Shown one piece after another: positions 15,001-27,000 of a stretch of 64,000 nt of DNA. How positions within the stretch are numbered: the first letter of the stretch is position 1; each line of letters opens with the position of its first letter. A program made the position numbers and the translations under genes. The notes under the pieces were generated by a model. It did not search any database and was not told the DNA's origin. It was given only the letters and a program-made list of their open reading frames with translations. The DNA lies in assembly GCA_036172245.1 (NCBI GenBank), contig JAYWIR010000018.1, positions 1 to 64,000 on the forward strand, given 5' to 3'. Source of the stretch: Raillietiella orientalis. Its lineage: Eukaryota.

Positions 15001-18000
15001 ACCTTGGAATCCCCGTTCCTCTTCAAGGGATACCTCGGCGCCTTCCCAAATGGTCCCCGATGTCCACGTCTAAGATGTGTGGAAGGGGACTCTTCAATTC
15101 GGCAGCATCACCTAGGATACAATAAAATAATTCTTGTATCTGCAAATCCCTCCACCTTCAGTATCCAGGGATCCTCTGTCCTTGCATTTCATCTTTGTCC
15201 GTGTGCAGCACACGACACTCACATTAGTTCCCCCTTTACGAATCGCAAATCCGTTCGACCCGACGACGAGAAAAGCAATTGAAATTACCTTGGAATCCCC
15301 GTTCCTCTTCACGGAAACCCTCTGCGTCTTCCCAAATGGTCCCCGATGTCAACGTCTGGGATGGGAGGAAGAGTATTCATGAATTCGGCAGCATAACCTA
15401 CGATTTAAGAAAAAAATTCGTGTATCTGCAAATCCCTTTACCTTCAGTTTCCAAGATTCCTCTGTCATCTCATATCTTCTATCTCCATGGGCAGTGCACG
15501 ACACTCACAGTAGATCCCCCCTTACGAATCGCAAATCCGTCGGACCCGACGACGAGAAAAGCAATTGAACTTACCTCGGAATCCCCGTTCCTCTTCACGG
15601 AAACCCTCTGCGTCTTCCCAAATGGTCCCCGATGTCCACGTCAAGGATGGGTGGAAGGGGACTCTTGAATTCGGCAGCATCACCTAGGATTCAATAAAAT
15701 ACTTCTTGTTTCTACAAATCCCTTTACCTTCGGTTTCCAAGGATCCTCTATCCTCGCATATCTTCTGTCTCCATGGACAGTGCACGAAACTCACAGTAGA
15801 TCCCCCCTTACGAGTCGCAAATCCGTTTTCACCCGACGACGAGAAAAGCAATTGAACTTACCTTGGAATCCCCGTTCCTCTTCACGGAATCCCTCTGCAT
15901 CTTCCCAAATGGTCCCCGATGTCCATGTCTATGATGGGAGGAAGACGATTCCTGAATTCTTCGGCATAACCTAGGATTTAATAAAAAAATTCTTGTATCT
16001 GCAAATCCCTTTACCTTCAGTTTCCAGGGATCCTCTGTCCTTGCAGTTCATCTTTCTCAATGGGCAGTACACGACACTCACTTTAGATCCCCCCTTGGGA
16101 ATCGCAAATCCTTCCGACCCGACGACGAGAAAAGCAATTGAACTTACCTTGGAATCCCCGTTCCTTTTCACGGAATCTCTCTGCAGCTTCCCAAATGGTA
16201 CCCGATGTCCACCCCTGGGATGGGAAAAAGACGATTCCTGAATTCGGCAGCATAACCTGGGATCAATAAAATAATTCTTGTTTCTACAAATCCCTTTACC
16301 TTCGGTTTCCAAGGATACTCTATCCTCGCATAACTTCTGTCTCCATGGGAAGTACACGACACTTACATTAGATCCCCCCTTAGGAGTCGCAAATCCGTCC
16401 GAACCGACGACGAGAAAAGGAATCGAACTTACCTTGTAATCTCCGTTCCTCTTCAAGGAATTCCTCAACGTCTTCTCAAATGGTCCCCGGTGTCAACGTC
16501 TAGGATGGGAGGAAGAGGATTCATGAATTCGGCAGCATAACCTAGGATTTAAGAAAAAAATTCCTGTATCTGCAAATCCCTTTACCTTCAGTTTCCAAGA
16601 TTCCTCTGTCATCTCATATCTTCTCTCTCCATGGGCAGTGCACGACACTCACAGTAGATCCCCCCTTACGAATCGCAAATGCGTCCGACCCGACGACGAG
16701 AAAAGCAATTGAACTTACCTTGGAATCCCCGTTCCTCTTCACGGAATCCCTCTGCATCTTCCCAAATGGTCCCCGATGTCCACGTCTAGGATGGGAGGAA
16801 GACGATTCCTGAATTCCGCAGCAAAACCTAGGATTTAATAAAAAAATTCTTGTATCTGCAAATCCCTTTACCTTCAGTTTCCAGGGATCCTCTGTCCTTG
16901 CAGTTCATCTTTCTCAATGGGCAGTACACGACACTCACTTTAGATCCCCCCTTGGGAATCGCAAATCCTTCCGACCCGACGACGAGAAAAGCAATTGAAC
17001 TTACCTTGGAATCCCCGTTCCTTTACGGAATCCCTCTGCAGCTTCCCAAATGGTACCCGATGTCCACCCCTTGGATGGGAAAAAGACGATTCCTGAATTC
17101 GGCAGCATAACCTGGGATCAATAAAATAATTCTTGTTTCTACAAATCCCTTTACCTTCGGTTTCCAAGGATCCTCTATCCTCGCATAACTTCTGTCTCCA
17201 TGGGCAGTACACGACACTTACATTAGATCCCCCCTTAGGAGTCGCAAATCCGTCCGAACCGACGACGAGAAAAGGAATCGAACTTACCTTGGAATCTCCG
17301 TTCCTCTTCAAGGAATTCCTCAACGTCTTCTCAAATGGTCCCCGATGTCAACGTCTGGGATGGGAGGAAGAGGATTCATGAATTCGGCAGCATCACCTAG
17401 GATTCAATACACAATTTCTTGTATCTGCAAATCCCTTTACCTTCAGTTTCCAGGTATCCTCTGTCCTTGCAGTTCATCTTTCTCAATGGGCAGTACACGA
17501 CACTCACAGTAGATCCCCCCTTACGAATCGCAAATCCGTCCGACCCGACGACGTGAAAAGCAATTGAACTTACCTTGGAATCCCCGTTCCTCTTCACGGA
17601 ATCCCTCTGCATCTTCCCAAATGGTCCCCGATGTCCACGTCTAGGATGGGTGGAAGGGGACACTTGAATTCGGCAGCATCACCTAGGATTCAATAAACAA
17701 TTTCTTGTATCTGCAAATCCCTTTACCTTCAGTTTCCAGGTATCCTCTGTCCTTGCAGTTCATCTTTCTCAATGGGCAGTACACGACACTCACAGTAGAT
17801 CCCTCCTTACGAATCGCAAATCCGTCCGACCCGACGACGTGAAAAGCAATTGAACTTACCTTCGAATCCCCGTTCCTCTTCACGGAATCCCTCTGCATCT
17901 TCCCAAATGGTCCCCGATGTCCACGTCTAGGATGGTGGAAGGGGACACTTGAATTCGGCAGCATCACCTAGGATTCAATAAACAATTTCTTGTATCTGCA

Positions 18001-21000
18001 AATCCCTTTACCTTCAGTTTCCAGGTATCCTCTGTCCTTGCAGTTCATCTTTCTCAATGGGCAGTACACGACACTCACAGTAGATCCCCCCTTACGAATC
18101 GCAAATCCGTCCGACCCGACGACGAGAAAAGCAATTGAACTTACCTTCGAATCCCCGTTCCTCTTCACGGAATCCCTCTGCATCTTCCCAAATGGTCCCC
18201 GATGTCCACGTCTAGGATGGGTGGAAGGGGACACTTGAATTCGGCAGCATCACCTAGGATTCAATAAACAATTTCTTGTATCTGCAAATCCCTTTACCTT
18301 CAGTTTCCAGATATCCTCTGTCCTTGCAGTTCATCTTTCCCAATGGGCAGTACACGACACCCACTTTAGATCCTTCCTTGGGAATCGCAAATCCGTCCGA
18401 CCCGACCACGAGAAAAGCAATTGAACTTACCTTGGAATCCCCGTTCCTCTTCAAGGGATACCTCGGCGCCTTCCCAAATGGTCCCCGATGTCCACGTCTA
18501 AGATGTGTGGAAGGGGACTCTTCAATTCGGCAGCATCACCTAGGATACAATAAAATAATTCTTGTATCTGCAAATCCCTCCACCTTCAGTATCCAGGGAT
18601 CCTCTGTCCTTGCATTTCATCTTTGTCCGTGTGCAGCACACGACACTCACATTAGTTCCCCCTTTACGAATCGCAAATCCGTCGGACCCGACGACGAGAA
18701 AAGCAATTGAAATTACCTTGGAATCCCCGTTCCTCTTCACGGAAACCCTCTGCGTCTTCCCAAATGGTCCCCGATGTCAACGTCTGGGATGGGAGGAAGA
18801 GTATTCATGAATTCGGCAGCATAACCTAGGATTTAAGAAAAAAATTCGTGTATCTGCAAATCCCTTTACCTTCAGTTTCCAAGATTCCTCTGTCATCTCA
18901 TATCTTCTATCTCCATGGGCAGTGCACGACACTCACAGTAGATCCCCCCTTACGAATCGCAAATCCGTCGGACCCGACGACGAGAAAAGCAATTGAACTT
19001 ACCTCGGAATCCCCGTTCCTCTTCACGGAAACCCTCTGCGTCTTCCCAAATGGTCCCCGATGTCCACGTCAAGGATGGGTGGAAGGGGACTCTTGAATTC
19101 GGCAGCATCACCTAGGATTCAATAAAGTACTTCTTGTTTCTACAAATCCCTTTACCTTCGGTTTCCAAGGATCCTCTATCCTCGCATATCTTCTGTCTCC
19201 ATGGACAGTGCACGAAACTCACAGTAGATCCCCCCTTACGAGTCGCAAATCCGTTTTCACCCGACGACGAGAAAAGCAATTGAACTTACCTTGGAATCCC
19301 CGTTCCTCTTCACGGAATCCCTCTGCATCTTCCCAAATGGTCCCCGATGTCCACGTCTAGGATGGGTGGAAGGGGACACTTGAATTCGGCAGCATCACCT
19401 AGGATTCAATAAACAATTTCTTGTATCTGCAAATCCCTTTACCTTCAGTTTCCAGGTATCCTCTGTCCTTGCAGTTCATCTTTCTCAATGGGAAGTACAC
19501 GACACCCACTTTAGATCCCTCCTTGGGAATCGCAAATCCGTCCGACCGGACGACGAGAAAAGCAATTGAACTTACCTTGGAATCCCCGTTCCTCTTCACG
19601 GAATCCCTCTGCATCTTCCCAAATGGTCCCCGATGTCCACGTCTAGGATGGGTGGAAGGGGACACTTGAATTCGGCAGCATCACCTAGGATTCAATAAAC
19701 AATTTCTTGTATCTGCAAATCCCTTTACCTTCAGTTTCCAGGTATCCTCTGTCCTTGCAGTTCATCTTTCTCAATGGGCAGTACACGACACTCACAGTAG
19801 ATCCCCCCTTACGAATCGCAAATCCGTCCGACCCGACGACGAGAAAAGCAATTGAACTTACCTTGGAATCCCCGTTCCTCTTCACGGAATCCCTCTGCAT
19901 CTTCCCAAATGGTCCCCGATGTCCACGTCTAGGATGGGTGGAAGGGGACACTTGAATTCGGCAGCATCACCTAGGATTCAATAAACAATTTCTTGTATCT
20001 GCAAATCCCTTTACCTTCAGTTTCCAGGTATCCTCTGTCCTTGCAGTTCATCTTTCTCAATGGGCAGTACACGACACTCACAGTAGATCCCCCCTTACGA
20101 ATCGCAAATCCGTCCGACCCGACGACGTGAAAAGCAATTGAACTTACCTTGGAATCCCCGTTCCTCTTCACGGAATCCCTCTGCATCTTCCCAAATGGTC
20201 CCCGATGTCCACGTCTAGGATGGGTGGAAGGGGACACTTGAATTCGGCAGCATCACCTAGGATTCAATAAACAATTTCTTGTATCTGCAAATCCCTTTAC
20301 CTTCAGTTTCCAGGTATCCTCTGTCCTTGCAGTTCATCTTTCTCAATGGGCAGTACACGACACTCACAGTAGATCCCCCCTTACGAATCGCAAATCCGTC
20401 CGACCCGACGACGTGAAAAGCAATTGAACTTACCTTCGAATCCCCGTTCCTCTTCACGGAATCCCTCTGCATCTTCCCAAATGGTCCCCGATGTCCACGT
20501 CTAGGATGGGTGGAAGGGGACACTTGAATTCGGCAGCATCACCTAGGATTCAATAAACAATTTCTTGTATCTGCAAATCCCTTTACCTTCAGTTTCCAGA
20601 TATCCTCTGTCCTTGCAGTTCATCTTTCTCAATGGGCAGTACACGACACCCACTTTAGATCCTTCCTTGGGAATCGCAAATCCGTCCGACCCGACCACGA
20701 GAAAAGCAATTGAACTTACCTTGGAATCCCCGTTCCTCTTCAAGGGATACCTCGGCGCCTTCCCAAATGGTCCCCGATGTCCACGTCTAGGATGGGTGGA
20801 AGGGGACTCTTCAATTCGGCAGCATCACCTAGGATTCAATAAAATAATTCTTGTTTCTGCAAATCCCTTCACCTTCAGTATCCAGGGATCCTCTGTCGTT
20901 GCATTTCATCTTTGTCCGTGTGCAGCACACGACACTCACATTAGTTCCCCCTTTACGAATCGCAAATCCGTCGGACCCGACGACGAGAAAAGCAATTGAA

Positions 21001-24000
21001 CTTACCTTGGAATCCCCGTTCCTCTTCACGGAAACCCTCTGCGTCTTCCCAAATGGTCCCCGATGTCCACGTCAAGGATGGGTGAAAGGGGACTCTTGAA
21101 TTCGGCAGCATCACCTAGGATTCAAGAAAATACTTCTTGTTTCTACAAATCCCTTTACCTTCTTTTTCCAAGGATCCTCTATCCTCGCATATCTTCTGTC
21201 TCCATGGGCAGTGCACGACACTCACAGTAGATCCCCCCTTACGAATCGCAAATCCGTCCGACCCGACGACGAGAAAAGCAATTGAACTTACCTTGGAATC
21301 CCCGTTCCTCTTCACGGAAACCCTCTGCGTCTTCCCAAATGGTCCCCGATGTCCACGTCAAGGATGGGTGGAAGAGGACTCTTGAATTCGGCAGCATCAC
21401 CTAGGATTCAATAAAATACTTCTTGTTTCTACAAATCCCTTTACCTTCGGTTTCCAAGGATCCTCTATCCTCGCATATCTTCTGTCTCCATGGACAGTGC
21501 ACGACACTCACAGTAGATCCCCCCTTACGAGTCGCAAATCCGTTTTGACCCGACGACGAGAAAAGCAATTGAACTTACCTTGGAATCCCCGTTCCTCTTC
21601 ACGGAATCCCTCTGCATCTTCCCAAATGGTCCCCGATGTCCATGTCTATGATGGGAGGAAGACAATTCCTGAATTCTTCGGCATAACCTAGGATTTAATA
21701 AAAAAATTCTTGTATCTGCAAATCCCTTTACCTTCAGTTTCCAGGTATCCTCTGTCCTTGCAGTTCATCTTTCTCAATGGGCAGTACACGACACTCACTT
21801 TAGATCCCCCCTTAGGAGTCGCAAATCCGTCCGAACCGACGACGAGAAAAGGAATCGAACTTACCTTGGAATCTCCGTTCCTCTTCAAGGAATTCCTCAA
21901 CGTCTTCTCAAATGGTCCCCGATGTCAACGTCTGGGATGGGAGGAAGAGGATTCATGAATTCGGCAGCATCACCTAGGATTCAATAAACAATTTCTTGTA
22001 TCTGCAAATCCCTTTACCTTCAGTTTCCAGGTATCCTCTGTCCTTGCAGTTCATCTTTCTCAATGGGCAGTACACGACACTCACAGTAGATCCCTCCTTA
22101 CGAATCGCAAATCCGTCCGACCCGACGACGAGAAAAGCAATTGAACTTACCTTGGAATCCCCGTTCCTCTTCACGGAATCCCTCTGCAACTTCCCAAATG
22201 GTCCCCGATGTCCACGTCTAGGATGGGTGGAAGGGGACACTTGAATTCGGCAGCATCACCTAGGATTCAATAAACAATTTCTTGTATCTGCAAATCCCTT
22301 TACCTTCAGTTTCCAGGTATCCTCTGTCCTTGCAGTTCATCTTTCTCAATGGGCAGTACACGACACTCACAGTAGATCCCCCCTTACGAATCGCAAATCC
22401 GTCCGACCCGACGACGAGAAAAGCAATTGAACCTACCTTGGAATCCCCGTTCCTCTTCACGGAATCCCTCTGCATCTTCCCAAATGGTCCCCGATGTCCA
22501 CGTCTAGGATGGATGGAAGGGGACACTTGAATTCGGCAGCATCACCTAGGATTCAATAAACAATTTCTTGTATCTGCAAATCCCTTTACCTTCAGTTTCC
22601 AGGTATCCTCTGTCCTTGCAGTTCATCTTTCTCAATGGGCAGTACACGACACCCACTTTAGATCCCTCCTTGGGAATCGCAAATCCGTCCGACCCGACGA
22701 CGAGAAAAGCAATTGAACTTACCTTGGAATCCCCGTTCCTCTTCACGGAATCCCTCTGCATCTTCCCAAATGGTCCCCGATGTCCACGTCTAGGATGGGT
22801 GGAAGGGGACACTTGAATTCGGCAGCATCACCTAGGATTCAATAAACAATTTCTTGTATCTGCAAATCCCTTTACCTTCAGTTTCCAGGTATCCTCTGTC
22901 CTTGCAGTTCATCTTTCTCAATGGGCAGTACACGACACCCACTTTAGATCCTTCCTTGGGAATCGCAAATCCGTCCGACCCGACCACGAGAAAAGCAATT
23001 GAACTTACCTTGGAATCCCCGTTCCTCTTCAAGGGATACCTCGGCGCCTTCCCAAATGGTCCCCGATGTCCACGTCTAGGATGGGTGGAAGGGGACTCTT
23101 CAATTCGGCAGCATCACCTAGGATTCAATAAAATAATTCTTGTTTCTGCAAATCCCTTCACCTTCAGTATCCAGGGATCCTCTGTCCTTGCATTTCATCT
23201 TTGTCCGTGTGCAGCACACGACACTCACATTAGTTCCCCCTTTACGAATCGCAAATCCGTCGGACCCGACGACGAGAAAAGCAATTGAACTTACCTTGGA
23301 ATCCCCGTTCCTCTTCACGGAAACCCTCTGCGTCTTCCAAAATGGTCCCCGATGTCCACGTCAAGGATGGGTGGAAGAGGACTCTTGAATTCGGCAGCAT
23401 CACCTAGGATTCAATAAAATACTTCTTGTTTCTACAAATCCCTTTACCTTCGGTTTCCAAGGATCCTCTATCCTCGCATATCTTCTGTCTCCATGGACAG
23501 TGCACGACACTCACAGTAGATCCCCCCTTACGAGTCGCAAATCCGTTTTGACCCGACGACGAGAAAAGCAATTGAACTTACCTTGGAATCCCCGTTCCTC
23601 TTCACGGAATCCCTCTGCATCTTCCCAAATGGTCCCCGATGTCCATGTCTATGATGGGAGGAAGACGATTCCTGAATTCTTCGGCATAACCTAGGATTTA
23701 ATAAAAAAATTCTTGTATCTGCAAATCCCTTTACCTTCAGTTTCCAGGGATCCTCTGTCCTTGCAGTTCATCTTTCTCAATGGGCAGTACACGACACTCA
23801 CTTTAGATCCCCCCTTGGGAATCGCAAATCCTTCCGACCCGACGACGAGAAAAGCAATTGAACTTACCTTGGAATCCCCGTTCCTTTTCACGGAATCCCT
23901 CTGCAGCTTCCCAAATGGTACCCGATGTCCACCCCTTGGATGGGAAAAAGACGATTCCTGAATTCGGCAGCATAACCTGGGATCAATAAAATAATTCTTG

Positions 24001-27000
24001 TTTCTACAAATCCCTTTACCTTCGGTTTCCAAGGATCCTCTATCCTCGCATAACTTCTGTCTCCATGGGCAGTACACGACACTTACATTAGATCCCCCCT
24101 TAGGAGTCGCAAATCCGTCCGAACCGACGACGAGAAAAGGAATCGAACTTACCTTGGAATCTCCGTTCCTCTTCAAGGAATTCCTCAACGTCTTCTCAAA
24201 TGGTCCCCGATGTCAACGTCTGGGATGGGAGGAAGAGGATTCATGAATTCGGCAGCATAACCTAGGATTTAAGAAAAAAATTCGTGTATCTGCAAATCCC
24301 TTTACCTTCAGTTTCCAAGATTCCTCTGTCATCTCATATCTTCTCTCTCCATGGGCAGTGCACGACACTCACAGTAGATCCCCCCTTACGAATCGCAAAT
24401 CCGTCCGACCCGACGACGAGAAAAGCAATTAAACTTACCTTGGAATCCCCGCTCTTCACGGGTCTTCATCCCCGATGTCCACGTCAAGGATGGATGGACC
24501 TTCAATTCGGCAGCATCACCTAGGATTCAATAAAATTTTGTTTCATCCCTTTATTTCCAAGGATCCTCTATCCTCTCCATGGCACGACACTCACAGATCC
24601 CTCTTACGAATCGCAAATCCCCGACGACGAGAAGAGCAATTGAACTTACCTTGGAATCCCCGTTCCTCTTCACGGAATCCCTCTGCATCTTCCCAAATGG
24701 TCCCCGATGTCCACGTCTACGATGGGTGGAAAGGGACACTTGAATTCGGCAGCATCACCTAGGATTCAATAAACAATTTCTTGTATCTGCAAATCCCTTT
24801 ACCTTCAGTTTCCAGATATCCTCTGTCCTTGCAGTTCATCTTTCTCAATGGGCAGTACACGACACCCACTTTAGATCCTTCCTTGGGAATCGCAAATCCG
24901 TCCGACCCGACCACGAGAAAAGCAATTGAACTTACCTTGGAATCCCCGTTCCTCTTCAAGGGATACCTCGGCGCCTTCCCAAATGGTCCCCGATGTTTAC
25001 GTCTAGGATGGGTGGAAGGGGACTCTTCAATTCGGCAGCATCACCTAGGATTCAATAAAATAATTCTTGTTTCTGCAAATCCCTTCACCTTCAGTATCCA
25101 GGGATCCTCTGTCCTTGCATTTCATCTTTGTCCGTGTGCAGCACACGACACTCACATTAGTTCCCCCTTTACGAATCGCAAATCCGTCGGACCCGACGAC
25201 GAGAAAAGCAATTGAACTTACCTTGGAATCCCCGTTCCTCTTCACGGAAACCCTCTGCGTCTTCCAAAATGGTCCCCGATGTCCACGTCAAGGATGGGTG
25301 GAAGAGGACTCTTGAATTCGGCAGCATCACCTAGGATTCAATAAAATACTTCTTGTTTCTACAAATCCCTTTGCCTTCAGTTTCCAGATATCCTCTGTCC
25401 TTGCAGTTCATCTTTCTCAATGGGCAGTACACGACACCCACTTTAGATCCTTCCTTGGGAATCGCAAATCCGTCCGACCCGACCACGAGAAAAGCAATTG
25501 AACTTACCTTGGAATCCCCGTTCCTCTTCAAGGGATACCTCGGCGCCTTCCCAAATGGTCCCCGATGTCCACGTCTAGGATGGGTGGAAGGGGACTCTTC
25601 AATTCGGCAGCATCACCTAGGATTCAATAAAATAATTCTTGTTTCTGCAAATCCCTTCACCTTCAGTATCCAGGGATCCTCTGTGCTTGCATTTCATCTT
25701 TGTCCGTGTGCAGCACACGACACTCACATTAGTTCCCCCTTCACGAATCGCAAATCCGTTCGACCCGACGACGAGAAAAGCAATTGAACTTACCTTGGAA
25801 TCCCCTTTCCTTTTCACGGAATCCCTCTGCAACTTCCCAAATGGTCCCCGATGTCCACGTCTGGGATAGGAGGAAGACGATTCCTGAATTCGGCAGCATA
25901 ACCTCGAATCAATGAAATAATTCTTGTTTCTACAAATCCCTTTACCTTCGGTTTCCAGGGATCCTCTATCCTCGCATAACTTCTGTCTCCATGGACAGTG
26001 CACGACACTCACAGTAGATCCCCCCTTACGAATCGCAAATCCGTCCGACCCGACGACGAGAAAAGCAATTGAACTTACCTTGGAATCCCCGTTCCTCTTC
26101 ACGTTATCCCTCTGCATCTTCCCAAATGGTCCCCGATGTCCACGTCTAGGATGGGTGGAAGGGGACACTTGAATTCGCATCATCACCTAGGATTCAAGAA
26201 ACAATTTCTTGTATCTGCAAATCCCTTTACCTTCAGTTTCCAGGTATCCTCTGTCCTTGCAGTTCATCTATCTCAATGGGCAGTACACGACACCCACTTT
26301 AGATCCTTCCTTGGGACTAGCAAATCCGTCCGACCCGACGACGAGAAAAGCAATACAACTTACCTTGGAATCCCCGTTCCTCTTCACGGAATCCCTCTGC
26401 GTCTTCCCAAATGGTCCCCGATGTCCACGTCAAGAATGGGTGGAAGGGGACTCTTGAATTCGGCAGCATCACCTAGGATTCAATAAAATAATTCTTGTTT
26501 CTACAGATCCCTTTACCTTCGGTTTCCAAGGATCCTCTATCCTCGCATAACTTCTGTTTCCATGGGCAGTACACGACACTTACATTAGATCCCCCCTTAG
26601 GAGTCGCAAATCCGTCCGACCCGACGACGAGAAATGGAATCCTACTTACCTTGGAATCTCCGTTCCTCTTCAAGGAATTCCTCAACGTCTTCCCAAATGG
26701 TTCCCGATGTCCACGTCTGGAATAAGATTAAGAGGATTTCTGAATTCGACAGCATAACCTAGGATTTAATAAAAAAAATTTATATCTGCAAAACCCATTA
26801 CCTTCAGTTTCCAGGGATCCTTTGTCCTGGCAGTTCGTCTTTCTCAATGGACAGTACACGACACTCACATTAGATCCCCCCTTAAAAATCGCAAATCCGT
26901 CCGACCCGACCACGAGAAAAGCAATTGAATGAACCTTGGAATCCCCGTTCCTCTTGTAGGGATACCTCGGCGTCTTCCCAAATGGTCCCCGATGTCCTCG

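Noticed and set aside
19860..19895. CENP-B box-like motif near GGAACGGGG on the minus strand
   Set aside because: It does not fit the TTCG-N4-A-N2-CGGG core.
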